Shown here: in pieces, positions 19,010 to 31,215 of the stretch
Numbering within the stretch: position 1 is the stretch's first letter
Layout of the letters: the number at the start of each line of letters is the position of its first letter
Origin: Candidatus Obscuribacterales bacterium
GTDB taxonomy: Bacteria; Cyanobacteriota; Vampirovibrionia; Obscuribacterales; Obscuribacteraceae
Assembly (NCBI GenBank): GCA_965228855.1
Contig: CBDDIJ010000005.1
Coordinates: 256,001 to 320,000, forward strand
DNA: 64,000 nucleotides
Direction: 5' to 3'
Position numbers and translations under genes: made by a program
Notes under the pieces: model-generated
What the model saw: the letters and a program-made list of their open reading frames with translations, nothing else
What the model was told of the DNA's origin: nothing
Database searches by the model: none

Positions 19010-21499
19010 TCATTTGGATGCCGGAGAAGCGCTCCCTGACTGCTCTCCCGTCACCTTCACGCTTCGGCTGTGCGACTCCTCGATCGCGAAATTGTATTTA
19101 CGAGTCCAGGATGGCGATTGCAACAGGTTGTACGTCAATTTCCGCTCCCAGTGCTCGTCTCGCTGCGGACCACCTTGTATTTCATAGTACGTATAGGTTC
19201 CACCTCTCGTCAGCATAGAACCTTGACTGGTACTACATACGATGTATAGCCGTCCGGCACGACCAACTCCCATAGTCGCTCCGGTGCGGGGTGCAGTAGA
19301 TATTTCCTTGCCGTTGATCGTGGTAGTCTCGCTCGTCTTCTCGGGCGCAGAAGCGGCAGTTTTGCTGTCTGCCGTATTCGGCAACGAGTCGAGAAATATA
19401 TAGGATGACAGCGGGCAATCGACAGGCGCAAGCACACGATCTATGTTTGCCAGAAGGTTGAAGTCGGGCATCGTTATCGGTTCATTTTTTACTTCGGCTT
19501 CAGAAATGATCGTCAGTCGGCGCAGCAGTCGCATAAAGTCTTCGGAGCGAGGCTTATAACGCACAGGCATATATCCAAGTTCGGTCAACTGTTTAATCAG
19601 GTTTGTGCAGTCCACCTGCAGATCCTTATAGAGGTCAACTCGCGGTTCCAAGTAATGAAAGCGCGCAGGTCGTGACGGCGCAGGCTGCTGAACACGAAGA
19701 GAGGGGTGCTGAGTAAACTGCGGAGGAGTCGGTCGCGCCGGAGTCGAAGCGCGACTGAAGTCTCCTCCCGCGCCTGCAAGTCCAGCTTTCGACCCAGCCT
19801 GAGATGCCGGCGTTCCTGCAGTCTTCGGAGCAGAGGGCGCAGCCGTCTTTCCAGCCGAGCCAACAGGATCTGCATTTTTTCCGGCGCTATCTCCGCCCTG
19901 CCCCGGTTCAATTACCAGACAGGCACTGTAGCTATCAATCCAGGCGGCCAGAGCTGTTTCCAATGACTTGACCATCCAGAGATCCGAACGCAAACCGATT
20001 TGAACGGTGTCGGGATATGTCCGAAATATTGAACTTGCTATAGTCCAGTGCCGATCCATGCCAGCATCATTCTGATTGATGAGCTTGGTAAGCCGCTCCA
20101 GACGAGGGACGCGTTTGGTCAATCCCTGATCTAGCGTGTCCAGTTGTTCACTCAAGATGTTGGTTGCCGCCTGCGCACCGTGTGCATGCAGATCGATAAG
20201 ACCGATTGGAACTCTAACGGGTCCTTCAACGGTTTCCAGATAGTTATGCCCCTCTTCACGGAGCCAGACCAGTTCAGGCGGATCTATAAGCGGAAACATC
20301 CGAAATACGACGTCATCACCGGCGGTACCACCATCCTGGTCCATCTCGAAAACCGATCGTGCATTCAACTCCATCGGTCTCTGATTGCGAACCGATAACA
20401 ACAGTTTAGTACGCAGAAAAGGTTGAGACAGGGAATGAAGCAATCTGGCCAGATCTGTCTCCGATGTTTTAAAAACGCCTTGAAGTTCTGGGGCAATGAT
20501 CGTCTTTTTCTTTGCATTACTATCAAAATTCAGCAAAGCCGTCGCCATCGCGATCCTGTTCCAGCGAGCCAGTGCAGGCTCGTTGCCGCCGACATTTGCC
20601 AACACGATACTTCGGTATAGAAGCACAGCGCGGCGAAACAGATTACCGCCACCTTCGGCGGATGTGTCACCGGAATTGCTCAGCGGAAACGGCATACGCG
20701 ACAACCACTGATATGCGATGTGAAAACGCTTGAGCTTCGGGCGTTGTGCCATAAAGCCCCATGGTCTGAAGGTTCCGAAATCAACGTACGTACTGAAGAT
20801 TTGCGAGCGACCCGCTTTGCCCGACTCGATCAGCGCAAGATCCGCTTTCACCAGATCAATTGCGCCGCCGATTTCCGGAAGTACCGTTTTCGGCTCCAGG
20901 ATCACCAGGGCAACGCAAAGATACGCCAGGTTTCTTTGAATGTCATCTTTGACTTCATCGTCGTCCGTGCGTCGATAGTCGGCGATAGAACTGACGAGCA
21001 TCGCTTTAAGCAATCCATATAGATCCTTGTAAACGCCTTCTTCGATTGCGCTAGCCAGCATGCCATTGGTGAAAGCGAAGTATGGATGAACGATACTATC
21101 GACGGTGACAAAATTAGCCTTGTTTTCCGCTCTGTTCTCTGCGTAGATATCAGATATTTTCGTGTACTTGGTCCCATTGACGATGACAAAGTAATTGAAA
21201 CCGAGCTGCGCTACGGCTCTGTCACTGAGTCCGGGAATTCTCGTCGCGCTCAAATCCACCGGTGGACCGTTCATTGTCTTTAGATCGGTTCTTCGAAAGA
21301 TGTCTTCGAGGGTCTGTTTCTCACGCGTTTTAAGAGGCCGGTTGGTTCCCGGATTCATCAGGCGAAACGGCTGCAGATTCGGCATACTCGAAGGCATCGC
21401 GCCATCGCTCAGTTGCGCGAAGACCGGTCCGGGCGACGCGTTCGCCAACATCATCGCCGCGGAAAACAGAGCACAAAATCTAACAAACAAATGTTTCAT
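19010..21499 (-). CDS. DUF3160 domain secreted protein
   Basis: Signal peptide; FVTVDSIVHPY, YQWLSR, YLEPR, RGGTYTYYE..DEHW motifs. Confidence 0.75.
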   Translation of the reverse strand: MKHLFVRFCALFSAAMMLANASPGPVFAQLSDGAMPSSMPNLQPFRLMNPGTNRPLKTREKQTLEDIFRRTDLKTMNGPPVDLSATRIPGLSDRAVAQLGFNYFVIVNGTKYTKISDIYAENRAENKANFVTVDSIVHPYFAFTNGMLASAIEEGVYKDLYGLLKAMLVSSIADYRRTDDDEVKDDIQRNLAYLCVALVILEPKTVLPEIGGAIDLVKADLALIESGKAGRSQIFSTYVDFGTFRPWGFMAQRPKLKRFHIAYQWLSRMPFPLSNSGDTSAEGGGNLFRRAVLLYRSIVLANVGGNEPALARWNRIAMATALLNFDSNAKKKTIIAPELQGVFKTSETDLARLLHSLSQPFLRTKLLLSVRNQRPMELNARSVFEMDQDGGTAGDDVVFRMFPLIDPPELVWLREEGHNYLETVEGPVRVPIGLIDLHAHGAQAATNILSEQLDTLDQGLTKRVPRLERLTKLINQNDAGMDRHWTIASSIFRTYPDTVQIGLRSDLWMVKSLETALAAWIDSYSACLVIEPGQGGDSAGKNADPVGSAGKTAAPSAPKTAGTPASQAGSKAGLAGAGGDFSRASTPARPTPPQFTQHPSLRVQQPAPSRPARFHYLEPRVDLYKDLQVDCTNLIKQLTELGYMPVRYKPRSEDFMRLLRRLTIISEAEVKNEPITMPDFNLLANIDRVLAPVDCPLSSYIFLDSLPNTADSKTAASAPEKTSETTTINGKEISTAPRTGATMGVGRAGRLYIVCSTSQGSMLTRGGTYTYYEIQGGPQRDEHWERKLTYNLLQSPSWTRKYNFAIEESHSRSVKVTGEQSGSASPASK

Positions 21500-21519
21500 C
21501 GGTTAGATACACGAACAGA

Positions 21520-23169
21520 CTATGTAAGCGGCATCGACATGGAATCAAGCGAGACGAATCGGGCGGTATGAATACCGGATTGCACTGTAAGGCTCTCTAC
21601 CACCTCGGAAGAAAGCGGCTCGTCCATTGTCATTACCATGACGGCGTCCTTACGAATTCCCACGCGCCCGACGCTCATCGTGCTGATGTTGACGTCCTTC
21701 TCACCGAGTATGGTGGCAACTTTGGCGACCATGCCGGGTTGATCCTTATGCATGGTGAAGAGCATGTTTTTAGCCGGCGTAAGATTGATGGGATGCTCGT
21801 TTATCTTCGTTATGATTGGATCGTTGTGAGCCATCACTGTACCGGAAATCGAGGTCGTGCCTTCTTCGGTGGAGACCAGCACCGTGACGCCATCTCGGTC
21901 TTCAGTTGCCTCAGGCAAGCGGCTTTCGCGAACCAGGATGCCGTGATTTCTGGCTACGATTTGAGCATTGACGAAGGTGACGCCCTCGATTTTGCCCATG
22001 AATAAGCCTTTCAGCGCCGCCACCACCAGTGGTTCTGTCTCTTTGCCCGCAAGGGCACCATAAGTGATCAGTTCAAATTCACGAACGCTACCCTTGGCCA
22101 GTTCTCCAGCGATCGCGCCCATTGCTTCAGCCAGTCCAAGATACTTACCTAACATTTTAAGTGTTTCGGGTCGCATGAATGGCAGATTGACCGGGCTGCG
22201 CGCCATGCCCTCTGTCAAGTAATCACGGATCTGCTCCGCCAGGTCGATTGCAACGTTGAATTGAGCCTCGACAGTCGAAGCGCCAAGGTGAGGAGTAAGT
22301 ACGACTTTATCGCCGAGTTCCGCCAGAGTCGAGTCTTTCGGCGGCTCCTCGTCAAATACGTCAAGCGCTGCGCCGGCGACTCTGCCGTCCTTGATTGCTC
22401 GCGCAAGCGCGGACTCATCGACCACGCCTCCGCGCGATGCATTGATTATCCGCACTCCCGGCTTGATTCTAGATAGAACATTTCCGCTTATCAGATTCGT
22501 CGTCTGCGGCGTCTTCGGCGTATGAATGGTTATGAAGTCGGCGCGCATCCAGATCTCTTCGAGTGAAACCGCCGTCAAATTGAGTTGTTTAGCGCGTTCC
22601 TCACTGATGAAGGGGTCGTAAACAATCACTTTCATTCCCAGAGCAAGAGCAGCCGTAGCAACTCTCGAACCAATTTTACCGAAACCGATTACGCCAAGCG
22701 TTTTATTAAAGAGTTCGACGCCGAGGAATTTGCTGCGCTCCCACTGACCGGCCTTCATGGAAGCATCGGCCGCCGGGACATTTCTTGCAAGCGCAAACAT
22801 CAGAGCAATTGTATGCTCAGCGGCACTAGCGGTGTTTCCCTCCGGAGAATTGACGACAAGAACGCCGGCCTCGGTAGCAGCTTTTACATCAATGTTGTCC
22901 ACGCCAACTCCGGCACGGCCGATGACTTTGAGTTTGGTGCCGCGCTGGATTACCTCCGCGGTCGCCTGCGTCCGGCTGCGGACCAGCAGTGCATCGAACT
23001 CTTCGATCGTCTCAAGCAGTTTCTCCGCTGTAATCTTGGGATCGTAAGTCACATCCAATTTTTCACGAAGTATGTTAAGACCTTCCTCGCTGATCTGATC
23101 GGCAACGAGAACCCGCTTCAAAGTCACAATTTCAGCGGCTTTGGTCGATTTAGCTTCTGCTTTCACCAT
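21520..23169 (-). CDS. serA: D-3-phosphoglycerate dehydrogenase
   Basis: GRAGVGVDNID, GFGKIG, NASRGG, TPHLGAST, C-terminal ACT domain (HKDQPGMV). Confidence 0.97.
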   Translation of the reverse strand: MVKAEAKSTKAAEIVTLKRVLVADQISEEGLNILREKLDVTYDPKITAEKLLETIEEFDALLVRSRTQATAEVIQRGTKLKVIGRAGVGVDNIDVKAATEAGVLVVNSPEGNTASAAEHTIALMFALARNVPAADASMKAGQWERSKFLGVELFNKTLGVIGFGKIGSRVATAALALGMKVIVYDPFISEERAKQLNLTAVSLEEIWMRADFITIHTPKTPQTTNLISGNVLSRIKPGVRIINASRGGVVDESALARAIKDGRVAGAALDVFDEEPPKDSTLAELGDKVVLTPHLGASTVEAQFNVAIDLAEQIRDYLTEGMARSPVNLPFMRPETLKMLGKYLGLAEAMGAIAGELAKGSVREFELITYGALAGKETEPLVVAALKGLFMGKIEGVTFVNAQIVARNHGILVRESRLPEATEDRDGVTVLVSTEEGTTSISGTVMAHNDPIITKINEHPINLTPAKNMLFTMHKDQPGMVAKVATILGEKDVNISTMSVGRVGIRKDAVMVMTMDEPLSSEVVESLTVQSGIHTARFVSLDSMSMPLT

Positions 23170-23248
23170 GTCTAGTTTCCTCAATTCATGCGCCTGCCGC
23201 GATCACAATGTGATAGCGACTGACAACCAGCGCAGCCAACTGTCGAGA

Positions 23249-25690
23249 TTAAGGTGAGGACTTCGGGGTCAATATCACCTTATGCCGCTGCTGCCTGTCG
23301 GACTGCTCTTCCGAGAAAGCGACGGGAAGCGGTTTTGCCTGCAGCCAAGATTTTAGCTGATCGTAGCGGTTTGGTGACATAAGATGACCGGACTGACCAA
23401 GAGGTTGGGTCTCGTAGAACTTATCGGAGTCGGACATGTCGATGAGTAGCCGTTCTACCGGTCCTATAGAACAGACAAATTTGCCGGGAGCGCCTGAAGC
23501 ATCGTAGTTGAAAGCATTGACTGTATCAGCGTCTCCACCGACTCCCTCCGGACCGATGTTCACCAGACGACCAAGAGTGTTTTCCCAGTCAGGGACGGCG
23601 TCGAAGAGCATATGCCGAAATGTAACTTTATGATACTGTTCCCACGACATTGCGCTGACGTCCAGATCTGCCTTTGCGTCCTTGCTTCGCAGGTCACGCA
23701 GAGCCTGGGAGAACGAGGTCACGACAAAGGTGTCGAATTTACGCTCCTCCGGAGGCAGCCAGTCGAGACTCTTCTGGCTCAAGCTGTGCTCTACCTGAAC
23801 AGTCCAACGAGGCCATCTTCGCAGATACTCGTTTGTTAAAGGCAAGCCCATCTTACTCATCAAAACACGCCGACCAACAGTGCGAATGAAAGACTCATAG
23901 ATCGCAGCAGATGCGCTCTGGCGGCGGAGGTAGCCGTCCCACTGATCAAGAGTCTGCAAAGCGGTCAATTGAATTTGGTCGTTCACTTCCTGCTTGTTCA
24001 CGTTCGTCTGCAAAGTTTCCTTCACCAGAGCGGTCAGTGGAGCATACTCATCACCTTGAAGAACCGCCATGTCCGGCAATCCCGGACGACGGCCGCTTTG
24101 TTTGAAACCGCCGAGGAGCGATTGAACCCGTTGCACCGGATATGGTGTCACGGGCGCTTCGAAGTCAGGCAAATTCGTAAAATTCGCCACCAGAAATCCT
24201 TCTTTAGGATTCAGACTATACGGCATCGCCTCGAATTCCATGCGTCCGGTCCAGTCACATGTACCGGTCCAGCCGGGCAGAATCAGGCTGGCTCTTAGTT
24301 TTTTAGTCAGGTCAGAGATTTTTCGCTCCGGCAAATTCCCAGCTAATTGAAGCCCGATGTTTCCTTTCTTGTCGGCGAACAAAAACGACTGTGGTGAACC
24401 GCGGTAGGATTTGAGAACGGTTCTAAACTGATTCCAATCGGTCACCTTATTCAATCTGTAAAATGTTTCAAACGCAGGCAAAGCAATATCATTGCCGCTC
24501 CACGCCAGCACAACAGCGTTCGTAACACCAGCCTCGTATCCGATTAGAACAGGACCGTGACGCGTAATAATGACTTTGTGCTGCAGATTTTGCATCTGGA
24601 AATTCGCTTTGCAAGGTATTTCTTCAATCACTTCGCGAGCAGCGGTCCAACCTTCCGGCAGCTTGTATGTATTAGGAATATCTGGTGAGAATTGCTCGAT
24701 GAACAGATCTTGAGTATCGGCCTTGTACGCCGTCGCGCCCCAGGAGCACGCTGTATTTCTTCCGTACATCACTCCGGGAACACCTGGGATGGTGATGCCC
24801 GCGACCTTGAAGTCTCCGGTCGATAATGTGCAGGCATACCATAAATTCGGCTCTGTTAATTGGGCGTGACGATCGAGCGCGAGCAAAGCGCCACCACCAT
24901 CGGTGCTTCCGCCTGAGATGACCCAACCATTACTTCCGATTCCAGGCAAAGTCTCGACTACTCTTCGTGCCATTGGCGGCAGATCTTTCAATTGAGGAAG
25001 AGAGCTCAAGTCAGGAGTTTTTTTGATTGACGCTTTAGAACCAGGAGAGGTTTTAACCGGTGCAGGAAAACTCTCCTCGAACAATCGCGAGGCCACTTCC
25101 GGACCGACTTTGTCCATAACTCGCTGGCGCAAATCATCGAGACTCCAGGACTCCTCCTGGACATACTGTAGATATTTCATCACGATGATCGTATCTTCAG
25201 CCTTCCATTCACCCGGATAATAGCCGAGCACCCAGAACTCAGGCGGACGTTTTCCTGACCCAGCGCTGATAGCCTCGTTAACTCCCTGACAGTAGGCATC
25301 CAGCGCCTTTCGTGCATCCGAGGAAAGCAACTTCAATTCGTCCTTGCTGTTGCGTGCGAAGCCTATTTGCCGCATCAACTTGTCTTGCGGCAGACAGGAC
25401 AGACCGAAGACTTGCGACAACTCGCCGCGTCCCAGCCTGCGCAGCATGTCCATTTGAAAGAGGCGGTGAGATGCAGCCCAATAACCCTGCGCGCGGTAAA
25501 GATCAAGTTCAGACGATGCAGAGATAAACGGAACGCCGCGATCGTCAGTCACAATCGCCGCCTCTTTCGCCAGTAGATTGACATCAGCGATTCCATCAAA
25601 GCTAGGCAAGCTGCTCTTCGCCAACCACCAACCTGCAACCGGCAGAGTGAGAAGGATTACAACGACAATCGACAAGACAATTTTAAACAC
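23249..25690 (-). CDS. Penicillin acylase family Ntn-hydrolase (peptidase S45)
   Basis: DDRGVPFI, AQGY..RLFQMD, GSNGWVI (N-terminal Ser nucleophile of the beta chain), TRHGP, GQSGH..SP. Confidence 0.9.
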   Translation of the reverse strand: MFKIVLSIVVVILLTLPVAGWWLAKSSLPSFDGIADVNLLAKEAAIVTDDRGVPFISASSELDLYRAQGYWAASHRLFQMDMLRRLGRGELSQVFGLSCLPQDKLMRQIGFARNSKDELKLLSSDARKALDAYCQGVNEAISAGSGKRPPEFWVLGYYPGEWKAEDTIIVMKYLQYVQEESWSLDDLRQRVMDKVGPEVASRLFEESFPAPVKTSPGSKASIKKTPDLSSLPQLKDLPPMARRVVETLPGIGSNGWVISGGSTDGGGALLALDRHAQLTEPNLWYACTLSTGDFKVAGITIPGVPGVMYGRNTACSWGATAYKADTQDLFIEQFSPDIPNTYKLPEGWTAAREVIEEIPCKANFQMQNLQHKVIITRHGPVLIGYEAGVTNAVVLAWSGNDIALPAFETFYRLNKVTDWNQFRTVLKSYRGSPQSFLFADKKGNIGLQLAGNLPERKISDLTKKLRASLILPGWTGTCDWTGRMEFEAMPYSLNPKEGFLVANFTNLPDFEAPVTPYPVQRVQSLLGGFKQSGRRPGLPDMAVLQGDEYAPLTALVKETLQTNVNKQEVNDQIQLTALQTLDQWDGYLRRQSASAAIYESFIRTVGRRVLMSKMGLPLTNEYLRRWPRWTVQVEHSLSQKSLDWLPPEERKFDTFVVTSFSQALRDLRSKDAKADLDVSAMSWEQYHKVTFRHMLFDAVPDWENTLGRLVNIGPEGVGGDADTVNAFNYDASGAPGKFVCSIGPVERLLIDMSDSDKFYETQPLGQSGHLMSPNRYDQLKSWLQAKPLPVAFSEEQSDRQQRHKVILTPKSSP

Positions 25691-25765
25691 GCAGCGAATT
25701 CCCGGTTACGCTTCAACGCCTCAAATTATAGACGTCTTGGCGTCTAGCCGCCGAAAAAACTAGTA

Positions 25766-28700
25766 TTAATTGCTCGCCAGAAATTGATTGATGAATGAGA
25801 TCAAACTCTGTTTGGCGCGCACCAATTCGCCCGCATGCTCAGTGATATCTTCGCTTCGAGATTCGCGACAAGCCGCTTCCAGGTTCAATGCAATTTCATT
25901 CATCTTTGTGGCTGAGAGCACGGAAGCAAGCCCTTTCAATTGATGTGCCAACCTCCCCACCATCTCGATATCGCCATTCTTGACTTCAACCGCTACCGCA
26001 GGAACGAGTTCCTCCAGCTCGTCGATAAAGCTAGTGAGAATTTCGCGCAAGCTGTTTTTACCGTAATGTTCTATAACCATTTCGATATCCATAAGAGGGG
26101 TATCGCTATCAGATATCTTTAAACCTTGCTGGTCGTCGATCATCGTCGCGACCGCGGAATCATCCGATTTAGAAACAGGCTTGCTTCCGCCGCCTTCGGA
26201 TGAGCTACCGGAGGCGTACACCATGTGAGCTGGTGGTGTGAAAACGTCTGACAGCCACTTTTCCAACATGAGTTCAAGTTGATCGATAGTGACGGGCTTG
26301 CTCAGATAGTCGTCCATTCCCGACGCAAGACATTGCTCGCGGTCACCGGCCATCGCAAACGCAGTCATAGCAATTATGGGAATATGGCCACCTTTGACGA
26401 ATTCGCGTTTGCGAATTTCAAGAGTTGATTCAAAACCATCCATCACCGGCATCTGACAGTCCATGAGAACTAGCGAATATTCGTTTTTCAAAGTTTTCTC
26501 AACTGCTTCAGATCCGTTAGTAGCAAAATCCGTTTCAATTCCGAACTTTTCGAGCTGTTTAATCGTCAGCCCACGCATCAAATTGTTGTCTTCCACTACC
26601 AGAATTCTGATCGGTCCAGTCACCTTTCGATTCGAGGAACCCTTATGCTGCCCCACCCTGCCACTACTTGTATCTTTTGGTCGAACGAAAACGGCTGACA
26701 GAAGATCGGTGCGCCGAAACGGTTTATAAACACAGAGATCGGCTCCGCGTTCGCACGCTTTTTCGCCCAGATCGCGCTGATGCACGTCCGTGAGAAATAC
26801 TAGCTTCAAATCTTTGTGCTTCGCTTCTCTCCTGATAGCGTCTATGATGTTCAAAGCATCAATTGATTCAACCCCACTATCTACGAGGACAGCTTTGGGA
26901 GCAGTACCGTTCTTAAGGGCCGAGTCAAGTCCGTAGAGGATGCTACCAAGAGTGGTGGCATGATGTACTGCCGCCCCCTCTGACTCTATGTAGGAACCGA
27001 CAATTGTTTTAGTACTCTCAGAGCCGCTATAGAGAAACACGGCCTCGCCGGTCTTCTCAGCGCTCGACAACGGAAGTTCGACGACACCTTGAGCGGCGGC
27101 TAGAGGTAAGCAGAACCAGAACGTGGTGCCGCCACCCTCAGAGCTGTCGAAACCGATTTCGCCGCCCATCAATTCAACCAGCCGCTTGCAAATGGACAGG
27201 CCCAACCCAGTGCCACCATAGCGACGAGTGGTCGAACCATCAGCCTGTGCAAATGGCGTAAATAAACGTTGCCTGATGCTTTCCGGCATCCCTATTCCGG
27301 TGTCGGACACCTCGAATCGGACAAACGACTTTGCATCTCCCGGACTTGCATTAAAAGAAGTGCCATCACCTACGGTGCCCGGTGCCGGGACCGGACGCAC
27401 ACGAACGATGACTTCTCCATCATAAGTGAACTTGACCGCGTTGCTGACGAGGTTGATTAGAATTTGGCGAATGCGAACAGGATCGCCTGTCACTATGCGA
27501 GGCAGTTCCGGCTCAACATGCGTCATCACTGAAAGTTTTTTGGCTGCCGCATCCTTTATGAATATATCAACACTGCCTTCGACAATGTTCTGCAGTTCGA
27601 AATCTATATCCTCAAGCTCGATCTTACCCGCTTCAATTTTGGAGAAGTCGAGTATGTCATTGATAATAACCAGCAGTGATTTAGCAGAATCCCTTGCTGT
27701 GCCGGCATATTCACGCTGTTGCTGGTCGAGCGACGTATCAAGCAGCAGGTCTGACATACCAATGACCGCGCTCAATGGTGTCCGAATTTCATGGGAGATG
27801 TTTGCAACAAACTCGGACTTGAGCTTGGAAGCCTCCATCGCTTTATCGTAGGCCTGTTCTAACTGCTGCGTCAGAGTCTCAAGTTTCTCGTTCGCTCGAC
27901 CAAGGCTCTTCACGCGTTCCTCGAGGTCGGCGTTCAACTTGCGAACTTCTTCCTGGGCTCGTTTGAGATCGGTGACATCCATTACCAGTCCGTTGAATAA
28001 AACGTCGCCGTTTTCCAGGCGAGCAGGAGTGGACGTCGCTTGAATAAAACGCATAGTTCCATTCGGCGCAAGAACGCGGCCTTCATATCGAAATACGGTC
28101 AGATTTGCTGCGGACTCCAGACTGAGTTTTTTCATAGCAGCTGCGTCATCAGGATGCATGACTTTGAAAGCCAATGACGCATCAGCCTCGATCTCATGAG
28201 CCTCGTAACCTAGAACCTCTTTGCTCCCCTCGCTCACGTAAGGGAAGTGAAAGTCACCGTTTGGCCTCACGACAAACTGATAGATGATGCCGGGCATGTG
28301 TTGTCCAATATTGACGAATCGATCATTGGCGACAAGCAGTTCTTCTTCCACAAGGCGTCTGTCAGTCACATCATAGGCAACCGCATAAATCGAGTCACCG
28401 AATGAGGTGGCACTCCACCTGAAGTAGCGAATGCTTCCGTCCTTGGCTACATATCTATTTTCAAAATCACGAACGCTGCCTCCGGCCATCAGCTTCACAT
28501 CGATCGCAGAAGTGAGATGCCTGTCATCAGGATGGACGAATTCGCTGTACGGTCTTGAGTACAGCTCTTCCAACGAGTATCCGAGGCGCTCGGACCAAAC
28601 AGGATTCAATCTGGTGAAATATCCTTTTAAATTGGCAATACAAAGAAGCTCTCTCGATAGCGTGAAAAATATATTTGCGGTCGCAATCTCCTGGTCTCGC

Positions 28701-29716
28701 TCCTCGACTTTCAGTTCGAGTTCAGACTTGATCTTGATCAGATTGTCTTCGGACTGCTTCAGCTCGCTTATGTCGGTGGTGAAAGCGATAATTCCCTCGA
28801 CGACGCCGTTTCGAACATAGGGAACTTTGTCGGTGCGGAGCCACAAGCGATTTCCGTCAGCGATGGTAATCTGCTCGTAGATCTTCAACTTCGGTCGACC
28901 AGAACGGATAACCTCCAGGTCATCCGAGTAGTACTGGGCCGCGTCCACAGGGAAAAGTTCCTCCGTCCGCTTGCCGACTATGTCACCCGGTTGAATACCG
29001 CAAATTTCAGTAACTCGTCTGTTTATAGCAAGGAAGCGATTATGTTTATCCTTGTACCAAACCATAACCGGCACGGCGTCCAGCAGAATCTGATATTCCT
29101 CTTCAAACTGCGACTCAGTTTTAGCTTTAGACGCCGACTTCAAAAGAGTTGAAAACATCAAAGTCAGCTTTCGCATAAGCGGAATCGCGGTTTCGTCCAA
29201 CGCATCACTGGACTCGAACAGCAGTTCAAAAACGTACGCCCGATTGCCGGGCAGAAGTATTGGCAGGAAAACGCCACTGCGCAACTTACTCAGTCCGATT
29301 TCCGCGTGGCGCAGGATGTTTGCGTCCTCCTGAAACTCGGAGAAATAAATGACGTCTTTGCCCTGGACGGCTCTGATGGCCAACAGGTTGCAGTCGGTCG
29401 AATCGAGATTTAGACTGGCGACCCGAAGGAGAGGGTACGACTGAGCATTCACAGCCAACTGTTCCAGGCAAACGGCTCGACCCGAAGCACCGTGCATCTC
29501 GTCATAACGCCAGACCTGAGCGAACTGGGCGTTGAAGAAACCGGCCAGCATGACAAGCCACCGACCGAGGTCGGTTTCCGGCTCATCGCTGGGTGCTTGT
29601 GAAAGAATTTCCTCTATCAGGGCGAGTTCATGCGCCAGGCGATCGAACTCGCTTTGGAGATTCTCATTGTTGGAGGCCATACTCGACTCCGCGGTCCTAT
29701 TTCGATGATAGAACAT
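25766..29716 (-). CDS. Hybrid sensor histidine kinase (GAF-like, 3 PAS, HisKA, HATPase, degenerate REC, REC, HPt)
   Basis: [43 protein letters not shown]. Confidence 0.95.
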   Translation of the reverse strand: MFYHRNRTAESSMASNNENLQSEFDRLAHELALIEEILSQAPSDEPETDLGRWLVMLAGFFNAQFAQVWRYDEMHGASGRAVCLEQLAVNAQSYPLLRVASLNLDSTDCNLLAIRAVQGKDVIYFSEFQEDANILRHAEIGLSKLRSGVFLPILLPGNRAYVFELLFESSDALDETAIPLMRKLTLMFSTLLKSASKAKTESQFEEEYQILLDAVPVMVWYKDKHNRFLAINRRVTEICGIQPGDIVGKRTEELFPVDAAQYYSDDLEVIRSGRPKLKIYEQITIADGNRLWLRTDKVPYVRNGVVEGIIAFTTDISELKQSEDNLIKIKSELELKVEERDQEIATANIFFTLSRELLCIANLKGYFTRLNPVWSERLGYSLEELYSRPYSEFVHPDDRHLTSAIDVKLMAGGSVRDFENRYVAKDGSIRYFRWSATSFGDSIYAVAYDVTDRRLVEEELLVANDRFVNIGQHMPGIIYQFVVRPNGDFHFPYVSEGSKEVLGYEAHEIEADASLAFKVMHPDDAAAMKKLSLESAANLTVFRYEGRVLAPNGTMRFIQATSTPARLENGDVLFNGLVMDVTDLKRAQEEVRKLNADLEERVKSLGRANEKLETLTQQLEQAYDKAMEASKLKSEFVANISHEIRTPLSAVIGMSDLLLDTSLDQQQREYAGTARDSAKSLLVIINDILDFSKIEAGKIELEDIDFELQNIVEGSVDIFIKDAAAKKLSVMTHVEPELPRIVTGDPVRIRQILINLVSNAVKFTYDGEVIVRVRPVPAPGTVGDGTSFNASPGDAKSFVRFEVSDTGIGMPESIRQRLFTPFAQADGSTTRRYGGTGLGLSICKRLVELMGGEIGFDSSEGGGTTFWFCLPLAAAQGVVELPLSSAEKTGEAVFLYSGSESTKTIVGSYIESEGAAVHHATTLGSILYGLDSALKNGTAPKAVLVDSGVESIDALNIIDAIRREAKHKDLKLVFLTDVHQRDLGEKACERGADLCVYKPFRRTDLLSAVFVRPKDTSSGRVGQHKGSSNRKVTGPIRILVVEDNNLMRGLTIKQLEKFGIETDFATNGSEAVEKTLKNEYSLVLMDCQMPVMDGFESTLEIRKREFVKGGHIPIIAMTAFAMAGDREQCLASGMDDYLSKPVTIDQLELMLEKWLSDVFTPPAHMVYASGSSSEGGGSKPVSKSDDSAVATMIDDQQGLKISDSDTPLMDIEMVIEHYGKNSLREILTSFIDELEELVPAVAVEVKNGDIEMVGRLAHQLKGLASVLSATKMNEIALNLEAACRESRSEDITEHAGELVRAKQSLISFINQFLASN

Positions 29717-29792
29717 GGCTAATTAGTTAGTCCGATTTCTTAAGAATCGGGCCTAGCTTCGCAAGCATTCGGGCTATAGACTGACTGATCTG

Positions 29793-31100
29793 ATGCGCCC
29801 CCCGAAAGAACTTTACTACCTGCTCGCTGCGACCCTAGCCGCCCGTCTACCATGGGTTTTCATGGTTCCGATGTGGGAAGCTCCGGATGAAAACACCCAC
29901 TTTTGGGTGATTAAATTTATGGCAGAGAATCTCCGCCTACCTGGACCGGCGGAACTGACAGCAGGTGGACAGCAATCGGTCTACGTCCCCCTTCCTCACT
30001 TCGGTTATGTGCCGCATATCCTTGCCATGTGGGCGTTATCGGGAATACTGGACCCGTCCATGGCACCCAGGTTCGGCAGTCTCTTGCTTTCCCCGCTGAT
30101 GACCTATTTTGCCTGGTGGTTGGGTCGAGAGCTTTTTCCTGACAAAAAACTGTGCGCGCTGGCCGTTCCCCTTCTCGTTGTTTTTCACCCTCAGCTTGTG
30201 CTCGTGCACAGTTACTCTAACAATGACATTACGTCCTCGACTATCGCCTCCGCCTTACTTTGCCTGAGTGTGCTGATAATCAAACGTGGTCTATCCATGC
30301 CGCTCTCTCTATTATTCGGCTTCCTGTGCGGATGGCTGGCGCTAACAAAGTACACCGGTTATGCGGTACTACCTGCGGTGGCTCTCGCCTATTTGCTTGC
30401 CGCCTGGATACACCGGCAAAGCTTTGTCGAACTCTTGAAGAATGCCACCACTGCTTTGGCGCTGACCGTGACGATCGCCGCGCCCTGGTTTGCTCGCAAC
30501 TACCAGCTATACGACGGCGATTTCATGGGCACGCAGACCATGCGCCGAAATTGGGCACAGCTCTACAACCGCCCGCTCGAGTACTACGTCAGCCCGTTCA
30601 AAATTTTAGTCGACCGCAAGTGGTGGCGGATGATGTATTTCAGCTATTGGGGCATGTTTGGCTACATGACTCGGCCGCTCATAAAACCACTTTATTGGAC
30701 TTACACGGTTTACCTTGCTGCTGCTGCAATTAGTCTGCTGACCGCCTTGTTCAAGAACAAAGCCCAAAATATCGCCGACCTTCGTCAAAAACTACAGAAT
30801 CCCGAGCGTAAAACCTTTACGCACCAGGCGATTTGGCTTGTCATGCTAGTCTGTCTTCTGGCGAATTTGGCAGCAATGATTCTCGCCTCGACCGGAAACG
30901 TCGGTGGTCCACAGGGCCGTTATTTATTCACTTCAGAAGTTCCATTCCTCGCGCTAATCGTTCTTGGTCTAAACCTCACAGGCGACGTGTGGGGAAAACG
31001 ACTCTTGTACTCACTCCTAGCGTTCAATCTCATCGTCTACATTTGGTCATGGGCGATGCTGTTTCCGATTTACGGATTCCGCTGGAAGAGCTTCGGTTAG
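29793..31100 (+). CDS. GT-C membrane glycosyltransferase (ArnT/PMT_2/DUF2142-like)
   Basis: APDENTH, SNND, LTKYTG, PWFARN, QGRYLF; many TM helices. Confidence 0.8.
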   Translation: MRPPKELYYLLAATLAARLPWVFMVPMWEAPDENTHFWVIKFMAENLRLPGPAELTAGGQQSVYVPLPHFGYVPHILAMWALSGILDPSMAPRFGSLLLSPLMTYFAWWLGRELFPDKKLCALAVPLLVVFHPQLVLVHSYSNNDITSSTIASALLCLSVLIIKRGLSMPLSLLFGFLCGWLALTKYTGYAVLPAVALAYLLAAWIHRQSFVELLKNATTALALTVTIAAPWFARNYQLYDGDFMGTQTMRRNWAQLYNRPLEYYVSPFKILVDRKWWRMMYFSYWGMFGYMTRPLIKPLYWTYTVYLAAAAISLLTALFKNKAQNIADLRQKLQNPERKTFTHQAIWLVMLVCLLANLAAMILASTGNVGGPQGRYLFTSEVPFLALIVLGLNLTGDVWGKRLLYSLLAFNLIVYIWSWAMLFPIYGFRWKSFG

Positions 31101-31215
31101 TGGCAAAACGCAAAGCGCTTGAAAGCTTTTGCGTAATTCTCCCACTGAAAGCTAGCAAACTCACAACTATTGGCTTACAATCACAGTCTCTGTTGATCTG
31201 TTCCTGGTGCACATC

